This document shows positions 38,681 through 49,545 of a stretch of DNA of 64,000 bases, in pieces. The DNA comes from an uncultured delta proteobacterium (GTDB taxonomy: Bacteria; Desulfobacterota; Binatia; UBA9968). The position numbers and the translations under genes were made by a program. The DNA lies in NCBI GenBank assembly GCA_963755715.1, contig CAVWLW010000026.1:32001-96000 (forward strand), given 5' to 3'. The stretch's first letter is position 1; every line of letters starts with the position of its first letter. The notes under the pieces were generated by a model. That model was given only the letters and a program-made list of their open reading frames with translations, had not been told where the DNA came from and did not search any database.

Positions 38681-39076
38681 CTAAGCCGGCGGTTTCCCTG
38701 ACCCGATGCGCTTGGCGACTTGCGCGTGGGCAAGCACCACACGGGGATCTCTTTGCAGAGCGGCAAGATAACGCTCAGCAAATTCTTCGCCTCCTTTTGC
38801 CGGGACCAGCAGAAAAACCGAATGGGTCATCAAAGCATCGAGACTCGCGTTCGTTAACGGCTCTTTGTCATCGAGAGTTTCATCGATCGCCACGATCAGT
38901 TGCGAGATCGGCCGTAGCCAAGCGAACCAGGGCTCGCTGGTTAGTAGCTGGAAAAAGTGATTCGGGGATTTTATCGGGCCGACTTCCTTCTCATACACCA
39001 CACGCTCGGAGTCGATCAGCGCTTTGTGCAGCTTGAGTAGTGCGCTATGAAGTTCGAGCAGGGATTGCCGGATCAC
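38681..39076 (-). CDS. Conserved hypothetical helical protein
   Basis: Non-shadow ORF; LL.LHK.L.D.ER..YE, FAWLRP.S.LIV.IDE. Confidence 0.65.
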   Translation of the reverse strand: MIRQSLLELHSALLKLHKALIDSERVVYEKEVGPIKSPNHFFQLLTSEPWFAWLRPISQLIVAIDETLDDKEPLTNASLDALMTHSVFLLVPAKGGEEFAERYLAALQRDPRVVLAHAQVAKRIGSGKPPA

Positions 39077-39241
39077 TTCCTGCTCCGCATTTGGTGTTTC
39101 GATTGTTTCTTTTCCATTGGCTCTCCACGCAATAAATTTGCCGATAACCTAGACGTTGATGCACGCTTGCAGCGATTTCGATCGCTCGCACGCAACACGA
39201 CCATCGAGTTTTATGGTAAAGATTGTAGCCGCCAAAAACTA

Positions 39242-39270
39242 GTAGGGGCGGGTTTACAACCCGCCCCTAC
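39242..39270. repeat. GTAG-type REP (full palindrome)
   Basis: GTAGGGGCGGGTTTACAACCCGCCCCTAC. Confidence 0.88.
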
Positions 39271-39322
39271 CTACCGATGCCCACTTTCGCAATTAGCGTT
39301 AATGGATTTCGAAGCACTCAAA

Positions 39323-40170
39323 CTATTGCGCAAACGTCCCAGCCTGAAGCTCGCGCAGCGTCTGCTCGATCTCCGCTTTGGTATTCATCACGAACGGTCC
39401 ATAGCGCGCGATCGGCTCGTTCAGCGGTTTGCCGGACACTAAAAGGAAGCGCACTGCGCTCTCCTCCGTTCGTACTTCGACGCTATCCCCGTCGTCCCAA
39501 ACCACGAGTCGCGGCGTCGTGACGCTGCGTTTTTCGGGGCCGAACCTTCCCTCGCCCTCGAAGACATACGCGAACGCCGAATGGCCGCGTGGGATCGGCA
39601 GGCTGAAAGAACCGTGCGGCGCGATCGCCACGTCCAGGTACGTCGGCTCGGCGGCGATGCCGCTGATGGGACCGACAACTCCGTCAACCTGACCAGCAAT
39701 CACGCGAATTTTCGCGCCGCCCTCGCGCTTAATTTCGGCGATCTCGTTGGCGTTAACGTTCTGATAACGCGGCGCGATCATCTTCTGCTTCGCCGGCAAA
39801 TTGACCCAGAGCTGAAATCCTGCCACACCTTCCGGCCGCACCTGCGGCATCTCTTCGTGCATGATGCCGCGCCCGGCGGTCATCCACTGCAGATCGCCCG
39901 GCCCGATTTCGCCGGCATTTCCCACCGAATCTCTGTGGCGCACAGCGCCCGCAAGCAAATAGGTCACCGTTTCGATGCCGCGATGCGGATGCAACGGAAA
40001 ACCCGCTTGGTAATCGGCGGGATTTTTCGACTGGAAATGATCCAGCAGCAAAAACGGATCGAGGTAATCCAGCGTATGCGTGCCGATGCTGCGTTTGAGC
40101 CGAACGCCGGCGCCTTCGACGACCGCCTGCGGCTCGATAATTTTGCGAATTTTTCTCGATTGTCTTCCAT
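39323..40170 (-). CDS. Pirin family protein (frameshift just after the start)
   Basis: EGAGVRL.RS, DPFLLLD, GFP.HPHRG.ETVTY, QWMTAG.GI.H.E, YGPFVMNT. The ATG at 40170 with RBS is 1 nt out of frame. Confidence 0.88.
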
Positions 40171-40190
40171 AGTCCTACCTCCTGATTCTG

Positions 40191-40793
40191 TCACCATGCC
40201 TCGTTAGCATTACGAACTGCGGCCTTGGCGCTTTTTTCCTGCTCAAGACCGCGCGTCCGAGTCACCAAGTTGGTCAATAACTGGCGGATCAAATTTTTGG
40301 TTGACTCATTGGTCAGGTTTCCCTCCGCGTCGAAATTTTGCGCGGCGTTGGCGATCATCACCTCCGGCTGATTGATCGCGTGAACGTTCAAAAACACGAA
40401 GACCTGGCGCAGATGATATTGCGCCCGCGCCGTGCCGAGCGTTCCCACGGACGCGCCCATGATCGCCGCCGGCTTGTCCGTCCACGCGCTGTCGCCGTAG
40501 GGCCGCGACGCCCAGTCGATCGCGTTCTTAAGCCCGCCGGGAATGGAATAATTGTATTCCGGCGTGACGAACAAAATCGCGTCGGCTTCGCGAATGCGCT
40601 TTTTCAACTCAACAATCTTTACCGGCGGCTGGCGTTCATCATCCTCGCTGAAAACCGGAATACCATCGAGCTCGAAGATGTCGATGACGGCATCTTCGGG
40701 AGCCAGTTGCTGCGCCGCCCTCAGCGCCGCCCGGTTATAGGACTTTCGCCGCAGGCTGCCGGCGATACCGAGTATGCGGATGGGTTGGTTCAT
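40191..40793 (-). CDS. NADPH-dependent FMN reductase (ChrR-like)
   Basis: GSLR..SYN, TPEYNYSIPG.LKNAIDW.SR. Confidence 0.92.
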   Translation of the reverse strand: MNQPIRILGIAGSLRRKSYNRAALRAAQQLAPEDAVIDIFELDGIPVFSEDDERQPPVKIVELKKRIREADAILFVTPEYNYSIPGGLKNAIDWASRPYGDSAWTDKPAAIMGASVGTLGTARAQYHLRQVFVFLNVHAINQPEVMIANAAQNFDAEGNLTNESTKNLIRQLLTNLVTRTRGLEQEKSAKAAVRNANEAW

Positions 40794-40920
40794 CTTTCCA
40801 GTCTCCTTTTCATCGACGATTTGAAATCGCTCACCTGTCAGTCAGGTTATACATTCAAAGGTGCTTCGACTAGACGGCAAATCTTGGAAACATTGTTCCG
40901 TCTAATGTAGAATCGCCGGC

Positions 40921-41810
40921 ATGGATCTCGACGGCATCGAGGTTTTCGTCAAAGTCGTTGAAGCCGGCAGCTTCAGCCAAGCGGCGAAGCTTCTCGGCAT
41001 GCCCAATTCAACGGTAAGCGCCAAACTTTCGGCGTTGGAGAAGCGGCTCGGTGTTACCCTGCTGCAGCGCGTCGACGCGCAAGTTGCGCGCAACGCCGGC
41101 GGGAGAGACTTACTTTCAGCAATGCGTTCAGGCTCTGGAACAATTGCAAGCGGCGGAAAGTGAATTGACCAAGCGCGCAACGCGAACCGCAGGGACTTCT
41201 CAGAGTCACGGCTCCCGCGGACATCGGCCACACTCTTCTCGCTACGCTGGTGCGCAGTTTTTTACAGCAGTACCCGAAAACCGAAGTCGAGCTCGTGGTC
41301 ACCAACCGCGTGCTCGACCTCATCGCCGAAGGTGTCGATCTGGCGATCAGAGCCGGCGAGCTCGCCGACTCGAGGCTCATCGCCAAGCGATTCTCCGTCG
41401 GCAACATCGGACTGTGGGCGAGTCCTGCTTATCTGAAGAAGCGCGGCATGCCTTCGCATCCGCGAGATCTGGCGCCACAGGAGTGCCTGCAATTCTCGCT
41501 ATTCAAAAACAACCGATTGGAACTGACCAATGGTAAGGACAGCGTCCGATTGGTTCCCGCGGGGCGGTTGCGCGCCGATGATTTCGAAGCGCTCAAAGCG
41601 TTCGCGCTTCTCGGCGAAGGCATTGTCTATCTGCCGAGTTTTATGTGCGCCGAGGAAGTGAAGCAGAGTCGACTCCAACGAGTGTTACCCGATTGGCATG
41701 GCACAGCGACAACCTTCTCGCTCGTCTACCCCGCGCAACGATTCGTCTCGCCCAAGGTGCGCGCCTTCATCACCGTCGCCGAAGATCTCTGGCGGCGGCA
41801 AAAGTTCTAA
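40921..41810 (+). CDS. LysR family regulator, two frameshifts
   Basis: HTH in ORF 40921-41163, linker in 41051-, C-domain in 41250-41810; inverted repeat TAGACGG/CCGTCTA at 40871-40904 upstream. Confidence 0.82.
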
Positions 41811-41841
41811 AGCCAAGTCGCTGCGGGCTTTTTTCCGGAGC

Positions 41842-42882
41842 TTATTTATAGAGGCTGTCGATGAACCCGCTTTTGTCGAGCTTCTGGATGATTGAAGGGT
41901 CCGCTACGTCTTCGAATTTCAGGCTCGCCGCCTTGGGAATCTCCTTCCCTACTTCGGCAATGATGGTTTGCAAGCCATCGCGAAACGGATGCGGCTTTTT
42001 GAGAACATAGAAGCGGGTAAGATCTTCATAAGCTCCTTCGGCCTCCTGAGTTGTCTTCAAGCCCAGTTGTGTCTTCAGAAGCTCCGTGACGGCGACGCGG
42101 TTAGCGGGGTTCAGAACATAAGCATTCGCTTGGAGCAGCGCCTTCATGACTCGCTCGACCGTGTCCTGCTTGGTTTCGAGGTATTTTTTTGAGGTCACCA
42201 GATCGTCTTGTTCCCAGGGGATCTTCAGAGTTCGCAGGTCAGCAAGAATATTGAGATTCAACTGCTCAATTCTACCGCGAAACTCCGGGCCGACGACCGT
42301 GCCAGCAAGCGCTCCCGCGGCCAACCCGGCGATTCGCTCCGGCTCTGCTCCCGCAGCCACAAGCGTGATTTGATCTCGCTTTAAGTCCAAACCCATCTTA
42401 CTCAAGGCCACCATGAGTGCGAGGCGAGAAGCAGACAGGCCCAGACCGGAGGATCCCACTCGCTTCCCTTTCAAATCGGCGACGGACTTCACCTCGCGAG
42501 ACCCCACTAAGTAATAGGGCATGATCGTCGTGATCGCCATAATTTCGACGAGTGGAGCGCCGGCCGCAATCGCGGAGACGGTTGAGGTTGGGTCTGTATA
42601 GCCGATGTCTACACCGCCACTGAGCATCGCCTGAGTCCCTTGAGTCCCGCCGGCGAGTTTAAGAACCTTGATATCTATCCCGTTCTTTTTAAAAAAGCCT
42701 TCTTTTTCGGCGACCCACAGCGACGCCACACGCGCATTAACGAACCCAACTCCCATGCTCACCTCAGTCATCTGAGCCGCGGCTTCCGTCTGAAGAAAAT
42801 TTAGAGTGAGCACGATGGCTAGCGCACATGTTGGTTTTATTTGCCGATACTTGTTCCAGCGCATGGCGTTATTCACCTTCAA
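41842..42882 (-). CDS. NMT1/SsuA-like SBP (orphan)
   Basis: LWVAEKEGFF, DLKGKRVG, LDKSGFIDSLY. Confidence 0.88.
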   Translation of the reverse strand: MKVNNAMRWNKYRQIKPTCALAIVLTLNFLQTEAAAQMTEVSMGVGFVNARVASLWVAEKEGFFKKNGIDIKVLKLAGGTQGTQAMLSGGVDIGYTDPTSTVSAIAAGAPLVEIMAITTIMPYYLVGSREVKSVADLKGKRVGSSGLGLSASRLALMVALSKMGLDLKRDQITLVAAGAEPERIAGLAAGALAGTVVGPEFRGRIEQLNLNILADLRTLKIPWEQDDLVTSKKYLETKQDTVERVMKALLQANAYVLNPANRVAVTELLKTQLGLKTTQEAEGAYEDLTRFYVLKKPHPFRDGLQTIIAEVGKEIPKAASLKFEDVADPSIIQKLDKSGFIDSLYK

Positions 42883-43011
42883 TTAGCCTCCCTGTGGTAA
42901 TTGCGAAGCATTCTCCCGTCGCTTTGAACACGAACCGTATACTACGCTAACGGTTGCTTAACACAACGAGACTTCTTCCAGTTAAGCGTGGAGGCGCCAA
43001 TTTCACGCAGG

Positions 43012-43977
43012 TTAATTTTTTCTTCGCCCCAACGCTTTTTCGACGAAGCTGAAATCGAACACCTGGCTCGGCGGCACTTCTTTCGTCACTGCCAAACTTT
43101 TCTTGGTGAAATCGATCGCGCCGCGCATCCAGGCGTCATCCAAGTAACTAAGCCCGCCGAGGCGGCTTAGATGAAGATCGTAGACTTCTCCGGCCAAGGT
43201 GAGATCTTTGACGCCCAGATATTTTGAGATGATGTCGATGGACTCGGGGCGATGCTGCGAATAGTATTGCAGCCCTTTCAGACTGGCTTTGACGAAGGCG
43301 AGGACTTCGGCCGGATTGTTTTTGATCTTTTCTTCCGTCGCGCCGACGCCGCCCGACGGATAACTGGCGAGATAATCTCCCGAGTACGCGAGCCGGCTGA
43401 AACCTTCACGGTAAAGAATCACCTGGCGCGGCGGGCTGAGCAGACAGGCGGCGATGAGTCCGGTTCTGAGCGCCGTCGCCAATTCCTCGGGCGTGCCGAT
43501 CACGATCGAAGTCACGTCTTTATTCGGCGTTAGCCCGTGCTTGGTGAGAATCAATTGTGTCAACAGATCGACCGCGCCGCCGCGCGAAGAGATGCCGACA
43601 ACTTTGCCCTTGAGCTGCGCGACCGATTTGAGATCCGGCTGGCCGACAAGATCGAACTGCGGCTTCGCGTTGACGATCAAAACGAGCCGCACCGGCGCGC
43701 CACGCACGCCGGCGGCGATAATCGATCCGGCGGCAGAAGCGTAATCGACCGAGCCGCCGATCAACGCCTGCATGCCAACTGAGCCGCGTATGAGAACCGT
43801 TTCAAGGTCGAGCCCTTCCTCGCGATAAAAACCTTTCATCTGCGCGATGCGGAATTGCATCTCGGTCACGGCGATGGAGCTCGTCGAAAAGCGAATCTTC
43901 TTGAGCTGCGCCGAAACAGGACCGGAGGTAACAATAGAAATAATCAGCGTAGCGATTGCAGCAGCAGTTCGTTTCAT
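43012..43977 (-). CDS. NMT1/SsuA-like SBP (orphan)
   Basis: Signal peptide; KGFYREEGLD, QLKGKVVG, VFDFSFV. Confidence 0.88.
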   Translation of the reverse strand: MKRTAAAIATLIISIVTSGPVSAQLKKIRFSTSSIAVTEMQFRIAQMKGFYREEGLDLETVLIRGSVGMQALIGGSVDYASAAGSIIAAGVRGAPVRLVLIVNAKPQFDLVGQPDLKSVAQLKGKVVGISSRGGAVDLLTQLILTKHGLTPNKDVTSIVIGTPEELATALRTGLIAACLLSPPRQVILYREGFSRLAYSGDYLASYPSGGVGATEEKIKNNPAEVLAFVKASLKGLQYYSQHRPESIDIISKYLGVKDLTLAGEVYDLHLSRLGGLSYLDDAWMRGAIDFTKKSLAVTKEVPPSQVFDFSFVEKALGRRKN

Positions 43978-44191
43978 GTTCGGACTGTCTCCGTCGAATG
44001 GTTTCGAGGCGTTGCACTTCTTCGCACAAGCGCGGAGCCTAGCAAGCCGCTCCCCTTCCGGTCAATCCTCTTAAACGTCTGGAATCGACTGGAACGTTTG
44101 GAACACGTTTCCTTGGTTCTTTATGACTTGACAACGCCGATGCGCCTAACTTAGAAGGTAGGTAAATCACAGATCGCAAAGGAGCGCCGCC

Positions 44192-45004
44192 ATGATCGCC
44201 AAAATCCGCCACGTCGCCACCCATACCGAGCACTACGATAAAGAGTGCAAATTCTATCAAACGATTTTCGGCATGAAGCAGATCACCACCGGGTTGGTGG
44301 ACGAGAACGGCAAGTCTAACCCGGACCGCGGCCACATTAGTGACGGCGTCATCGGCATGGCACTTCTGGCAAAGCGGGCCGGAAGTCAGGCGGGCATCGA
44401 CCACTTCGGCTTCGAAGTCGACGATGTCGGCGAAGCAGTCAACCGTCTGAACCGATTATATCCTGACTTTCTGCACACAAGAGCCTTGACTTACGTCCCG
44501 TTCGCCGGCACTCGCGCGCAAGATCCGACGGGAACGCAATTCGATTTATCGCAAAAGGGCCAGGAGAACGTCCGCGAAGGTTATCTCGCGGACGGCTGGG
44601 AGCAGCCGCGCTGGCTCAATCACATCGCTCTGCGCGCGCGCAAGCCGGAGGAAGTCGCCGAATTCTATACCAAAGTCTTGGAGCTGAAAGGCGTCGAGGA
44701 AGCCGGCGAGGAAGGCTCGATCACCCTCACCGACGGAAAAGTCCGTCTCATTATTCGTCGATGTCACAACGGCTATTATCGCAGCTTGAGGCAGGGCTTC
44801 GACCACATCGGTTTCAACGTGGAGAGCGTCGAAAAGACCAAGAAAGACTTAGATGAGATCGCCGCCAAACATCCCGAGTGTGCGCCGAAAAAAATCGGCG
44901 GCGGACCGCAGAGCGGCGGGCTGGTGAAAGACATGGACGCTTGTCCCATCGGTCAACACGCTTTCGCCGATCCCGACGGCATACTGCTGGATATCTCAGA
45001 GTAA
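44192..45004 (+). CDS. Two-domain VOC/glyoxalase protein
   Basis: IRHVA, GIDHFGFEV, DP.G; LNHIAL, GFDHIGF.V, DPDG. Confidence 0.85.
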   Translation: MIAKIRHVATHTEHYDKECKFYQTIFGMKQITTGLVDENGKSNPDRGHISDGVIGMALLAKRAGSQAGIDHFGFEVDDVGEAVNRLNRLYPDFLHTRALTYVPFAGTRAQDPTGTQFDLSQKGQENVREGYLADGWEQPRWLNHIALRARKPEEVAEFYTKVLELKGVEEAGEEGSITLTDGKVRLIIRRCHNGYYRSLRQGFDHIGFNVESVEKTKKDLDEIAAKHPECAPKKIGGGPQSGGLVKDMDACPIGQHAFADPDGILLDISE

Positions 45005-45045
45005 CCAGACGACGAGGGTAGCGCCCTAATTCACAAGTTCGTGGG

Positions 45046-45257
45046 AAAAATCTCCCCTTTCCCCTCTTTTTAAAGAGGGGTTATTCTCTCGGCAAAGACC
45101 CTGCCCGGGAGATTTGAGTTCAACTTCATCTGCGGCCATGGTTTGGGGGTTAGCTTCTGAACCGTCACATTGGATGGTCAGCGGTTCCCGGACGATTTCG
45201 TACCGTGCCGGCCTGGCATTCCTCCCTTTGGCAAAGGGAGGTTAGGAGGGATTTTTT
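45046..45257. repeat. Inverted pair of CCCCTCTTT/AAAGAGGGG-type hairpins
   Basis: AAAATCTCCCCTTTCCCCTCTTTTTAAAGAGGGG ... CTCCCTTTGGCAAAGGGAGGTTAGGAGGGATTTT. Confidence 0.7.
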
Positions 45258-45266
45258 TAGACCCCG

Positions 45267-46392
45267 CTAGCGTTCGGTAGAACCACGAAACGCCGGCATA
45301 ACCTCATCGGCGAACAAGCGCAGGGAATTCATCGCCTGCTCCGTAGTCAGATTACCAAAGCAAAAAGACCCGACGAAGTAATTGCTGCCGGTGATCTCTA
45401 GATGCTTTTTCTACTTCTTCGCGCACCGTATCCGGAGCGCCGGCGATATAGAGTCCTTCGGCGCGACGCGCCTCGAAGTCGTCCAGATATTCTTTTCTCC
45501 GGTTATCGCCAACTTTTGATTGCAAGTAGCCGGTACGCTCGTTGAACTGTGCGAGCGCAGCCTTGGCTTCCTCCCAGGCTTGCGCATCTGTCTTACCAAC
45601 ATAGACATGCCGCGAAATGCCGTAAAGCGGCTCGGTCACATGCGCATTGAGGCGATTATGATCGTCCGCATGCTCTTTCCAAACGCGCCGATAGAGTTCG
45701 AACAGCTCGCGGATCGCCGGCATGGACTGGTAGTGTACCACCGTGTTGAATCCTTCTTGCGCCAACCATTGCATCGATTCGTTACTATTGGTCGGATACC
45801 AAAGCGGCGGATACGGGCGCTGGTAGGGCTCGATCTGCAGTTCCACGTTCTTGAAAGAAAAGTAACGGCCCTGGAACGCCAGCTTGCCACTGGCGAGAGC
45901 CGAAGTCATCGCGTCCAGCGCCTCGCGGAACATATCGCGCGACTGCTGCACGTCGATGTTGAAGAAGGACATCTCGATGGGCGAGATGCCCCGTCCCACA
46001 CCCACGTCGAGCCTGCCCCGGCTTAGGTTGTCGAGCATGCAGATCTCCTCGATCAGGCGCAGCGGATTATAGGCGGGCAGAACGTAAACCAAGGTGCCGA
46101 GACGGATGCGCGTGGTGCGCTGAGCGGCAGCCGCCAGAAAAATACTCGGCGACGGCGTCGTGTTCAGCGGCGAGCCATGATGTTCGGCGATGTGGTAGCA
46201 ATAAAAGCCCTTCTCTTCGGCGCATTCGATCAGCTTCAGGCGCTGCTCGTAAAGCTCGGGCAACGTTAACTGATTGCGATCGATCCAATCGAAGATACCG
46301 AACTTGATCGACGTTTTAAGTGGCGAGTCCGTAGTCTTATCCTTCGACTCGGTGATATTTCGCTCAATCCGTTTCGTGTCTTCAGATATCAC
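45267..46392 (-). CDS. LLM-class flavin-dependent oxidoreductase, two frameshifts near the 3' end
   Basis: AEHHG, RIRLGT, PLRLIEE..MLD.LS.GRLD.GVGRG. The C-terminus continues in shifted frames (extra A, missing T in homopolymers) to TAG at 45267. Confidence 0.85.
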
Positions 46393-46507
46393 CGCTCTAA
46401 TTTACTCGGAATTCATAGCACATTCCGCACTCGCTCCGCGAGTAAGCCGGAAAAAGGTCGCGAACATTCTTTCTCGGTTAGCTGTTCTTCATCTCTCTAC
46501 ATTGAGG

Positions 46508-46637
46508 TCAGTGATCCTACCGGAATTCGCTAACAGCTTTTCGCGCAAAGATGAAGTCGGCGACTTCGAAGAATGAGACTCCGCGCGATCTCCTCAGCGC
46601 TTTTTTCGAGCTGGCGATGAGCTCTCCCATCGCGGCG
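46508..46637 (-). repeat. Diverged direct copy of the 3' end of the SBP gene (49537-49666)
   Basis: AMGELIASSKKALRRSRGVSFFEVADFIFARKAVSEFR* versus AMQEFIANAKEALKTSRDVSFAEVADFSFARRAVSELR*. Confidence 0.85.
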
Positions 46638-46763
46638 CAGCGCTCAAGCGACCGCTTGGTAATTCATTGGGGTCACCTTGAAGAATGAGAACAGAGAAGT
46701 CGGCTCAAGTTGACATAAGCGCCCGCTATCGGATAGGGACAGAAACGTTCAAGCCGGCCAATC

Positions 46764-47534
46764 ATGGAAGTCATCGCCGTCAAGGAACTCTCGAAGCGCT
46801 ATTCTAGCCGTGATGGCAGCGTGCACGCGCTGCAGGAGATCAATTTCAAAGTGAACGAGGGTGAGTTTATCGCAGTCGTCGGACCGTCCGGCTGCGGAAA
46901 GTCCACGCTCCTCAAGATCCTGGCCGGCATCCTGCCTCCGTCGAACGGCGAGGTGCGCCTTCGCGGCACTCCCATCACGGGACCGCGCCGTGACATCGGC
47001 ATGGTCTTCCAGTCGCCCGTCTTGTTCCCCTGGCGGAGCGTGCTGGACAACGTGCTGCTGCCGGTCGATGTGCAGCGCCTCGGCCGCGACGGACATCTGA
47101 AGGTCGCGATGGACCTATTGAGCCTCGTCGGACTTGACGGGTTCGAGCGTCGCTACCCTTGGGAGCTTTCCGGCGGAATGCAGCAGAGGGTCGCCATCAC
47201 GCGCGCGCTCATCCACGATCCCGCGATGCTCTTGATGGACGAGCCGTTCGGCGCCCTCGACGCGATGACGCGCGAGCAGATGAATCTGGAGCTTCAGCGC
47301 ATCTGGCTTGAGCGCAAAAAGACCGTGATCTTCATCACCCATTCGATCCCTGAGGCGGTGTTCCTCGCCGACAGAGTTCTCGTTATGACGCCGCGTCCCG
47401 GCTGTATCATGGATGATGTGCAGGTAAAGATTCCACGTCCGCGCGCGTTGGAGGCCATGAACTTTCCCGAGTTCGCCCCCTACGTCCACTCCATCCGCGG
47501 ACGGTTCAACGCGAAGGGGATGATCGACGCATGA
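46764..47534 (+). CDS. NitT/TauB-family ABC ATPase
   Basis: GPSGCGKS, LSGGMQQR, MDEPFGALD. Confidence 0.92.
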   Translation: MEVIAVKELSKRYSSRDGSVHALQEINFKVNEGEFIAVVGPSGCGKSTLLKILAGILPPSNGEVRLRGTPITGPRRDIGMVFQSPVLFPWRSVLDNVLLPVDVQRLGRDGHLKVAMDLLSLVGLDGFERRYPWELSGGMQQRVAITRALIHDPAMLLMDEPFGALDAMTREQMNLELQRIWLERKKTVIFITHSIPEAVFLADRVLVMTPRPGCIMDDVQVKIPRPRALEAMNFPEFAPYVHSIRGRFNAKGMIDA

Positions 47535-48322
47535 AACGGTTTTGGAACGTCGCGCTCACGATACTCCTCTTTTGCTCTTCGATCCTCGCGTGGGAGCTGA
47601 TCGTTCGCGCTTTCGAGATACCGACGTTTATCTTCCCGGCTCCTTCGAAAGTAGCTATGGCGCTCTGGCGCGGCTTCGCCAGCGGGCTCTATCAGAAACA
47701 CCTCTATTACACGCTGCTCGAGACGGTGCTCGGCTTCCTGTTGGGCTCGGCGCTCGGGTTTTTCCTCGGCACCGCCGTGGCGCTCAATCGTTACGTCGAG
47801 TATTTCTTTTACCCGTACATCGTGATGTTCCAGTCGCTCCCCAAGGTGGCGCTTGCGCCTTTGATCGTGGTCTGGTTTGGACTTGGGCTAAAGTCCCAGG
47901 TGATCAATACCGCTCTCGTGGCTTTTTTTCCGCTGCTCGTCAACACGATGGTCGGGCTCAAGTCGGCCGACGAGGACCGGATGAACCTCATGCGCTCGCT
48001 CGCGGCCAGCGAGAACCAGATCTTCTGGATGCTCAGGCTGCCGAACGCTTTGCCGTTCGTCATGGCCGGGCTCGATGTTGCCATGATCTTCGCGCTAATC
48101 GGCGCGATCGTCGCCGAGTTCGTGGGAGCGCGGGCTGGGCTCGGGATGCTGATCCAAAGCATGAACTTTAACATGGATGTCTCTGGACAGTTTTCCGTGC
48201 TCCTAATACTCTCGATCGTGGGACTATTGCTCAACCGATGCATTCTTCTGATCCGCCGGCGAGTCCTCTTCTGGGACCCCTCGGAAAAGGAACGACTGGA
48301 ACGAGAAAGGATAGCCCTATGA
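47531..48322 (+). CDS. NitT/TauC-family ABC permease
   Basis: PKVALAPL..WFG.G, LP.ALP, GAIVAEF. Confidence 0.92.
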   Translation: MKRFWNVALTILLFCSSILAWELIVRAFEIPTFIFPAPSKVAMALWRGFASGLYQKHLYYTLLETVLGFLLGSALGFFLGTAVALNRYVEYFFYPYIVMFQSLPKVALAPLIVVWFGLGLKSQVINTALVAFFPLLVNTMVGLKSADEDRMNLMRSLAASENQIFWMLRLPNALPFVMAGLDVAMIFALIGAIVAEFVGARAGLGMLIQSMNFNMDVSGQFSVLLILSIVGLLLNRCILLIRRRVLFWDPSEKERLERERIAL

Positions 48323-49389
48323 AGCGAACCATCGTCGCACTCGTTACGTCCTTGCTGGTCGCGGCCTCGGGCGCGACCGTGCTGGCTCAAATGTCAAAGC
48401 TAAGGGTCGGCTTCTGTTCCCGGGTGATCTCCTCGGCCGCCGCGCCGTTTGCCGTCGCCACCAAGATGGGCTGGTACAAGGAAGACGACGTCGAGGTTGA
48501 GCTGGTGGCGTTGGCTGGCTCGGCAGACTGCGTCAAGACGGTCAGCACCAAGGAGATCCCGTTTGCACTTCCGAGCGTGGAGCCGCTCGCGGCCGCTCGC
48601 GCCCAGGGAATCAAAGCGAAAATCTTTTACACCGCTTACCAGGGAAACATCTACGGCATCGCGGTGCCGGCTGACAGTCTCATTCAGAAGATCACCGACC
48701 TCAAAGGAAAGAGTATCGGCGTCACCAACATGGGCACAGGCGGCGTGCCGGTCGCGAAGGCTCTGATCGCGACAGCCGGGATGAACCCGGATAAGGACGT
48801 CGCCATCGTGGTGGCGGGTGAGGGCGCGCAGACCGCCGCGATGCTCAGGAGCAAACAGGTGGACGCGCTTAGCCAGTTCGACACGCAGTACGCGATGGTC
48901 GAGAACGCCGGCGTCAAGCTGCGCCTTCTCGACACGAAAGAGATCGACCGGTATCCGTCTAACGGCTTTCTCGCGCTCGATGAGACGCTGGGCGCGCGTA
49001 AGAAGGATGCGGTCGGACTCGCGCGCGGCTATGCCAAAGGGACCATCTTCACCATCAACAATCCTGAGGCTGCGGTGCGCATCCTCTACGAGATTTTTCC
49101 AGAGCTAAAACCGACCGGCAAAGATGAGGCGACGGCGGTCAGGGACGACACCAAAGTATTGCAGGCGCGCATCACAAACTGGATGCTTGAAAAGGCCGGA
49201 GTGAAGCGCTGGGGGGAGAACTCCGAGGCCAACTACGCCGCGTATGCCGTCTTTCTACTCAAGTGGGGCGTGATTAAAGAGAAGGTCGACGCCAAGGATC
49301 TGATCACTAATGAGTTGATCGACGAGATCAACAAGTTTGACGCCGGCAAGATCATTTCCGAGGCCAAGGCCTACAAGCCCGTCAAATGA
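48319..49389 (+). CDS. NMT1/TauA-family SBP (cognate to the transporter)
   Basis: Signal peptide; DLKGKSIG; translational coupling to the permease. Confidence 0.9.
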   Translation: MKRTIVALVTSLLVAASGATVLAQMSKLRVGFCSRVISSAAAPFAVATKMGWYKEDDVEVELVALAGSADCVKTVSTKEIPFALPSVEPLAAARAQGIKAKIFYTAYQGNIYGIAVPADSLIQKITDLKGKSIGVTNMGTGGVPVAKALIATAGMNPDKDVAIVVAGEGAQTAAMLRSKQVDALSQFDTQYAMVENAGVKLRLLDTKEIDRYPSNGFLALDETLGARKKDAVGLARGYAKGTIFTINNPEAAVRILYEIFPELKPTGKDEATAVRDDTKVLQARITNWMLEKAGVKRWGENSEANYAAYAVFLLKWGVIKEKVDAKDLITNELIDEINKFDAGKIISEAKAYKPVK

Positions 49390-49545
49390 GCGGAAAAAAC
49401 TCTTCCAACTGACCTGACGTTCCGCCTCGAAAAGTTTTCGCGGCGTTGCGCAAATTTTTGACTGGCGCGGACCCTTGTGATTGAGTTTCATTTTCTTCTG
49501 CCCGTCTGGTATGTCACCTTTTCTCTACGGCGCGGATCACTGATC

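Noticed and set aside
39321-39327. Another AATAG|TT motif
   Set aside because: It is simply the pirin stop codon context, which shows the motif can arise by chance.
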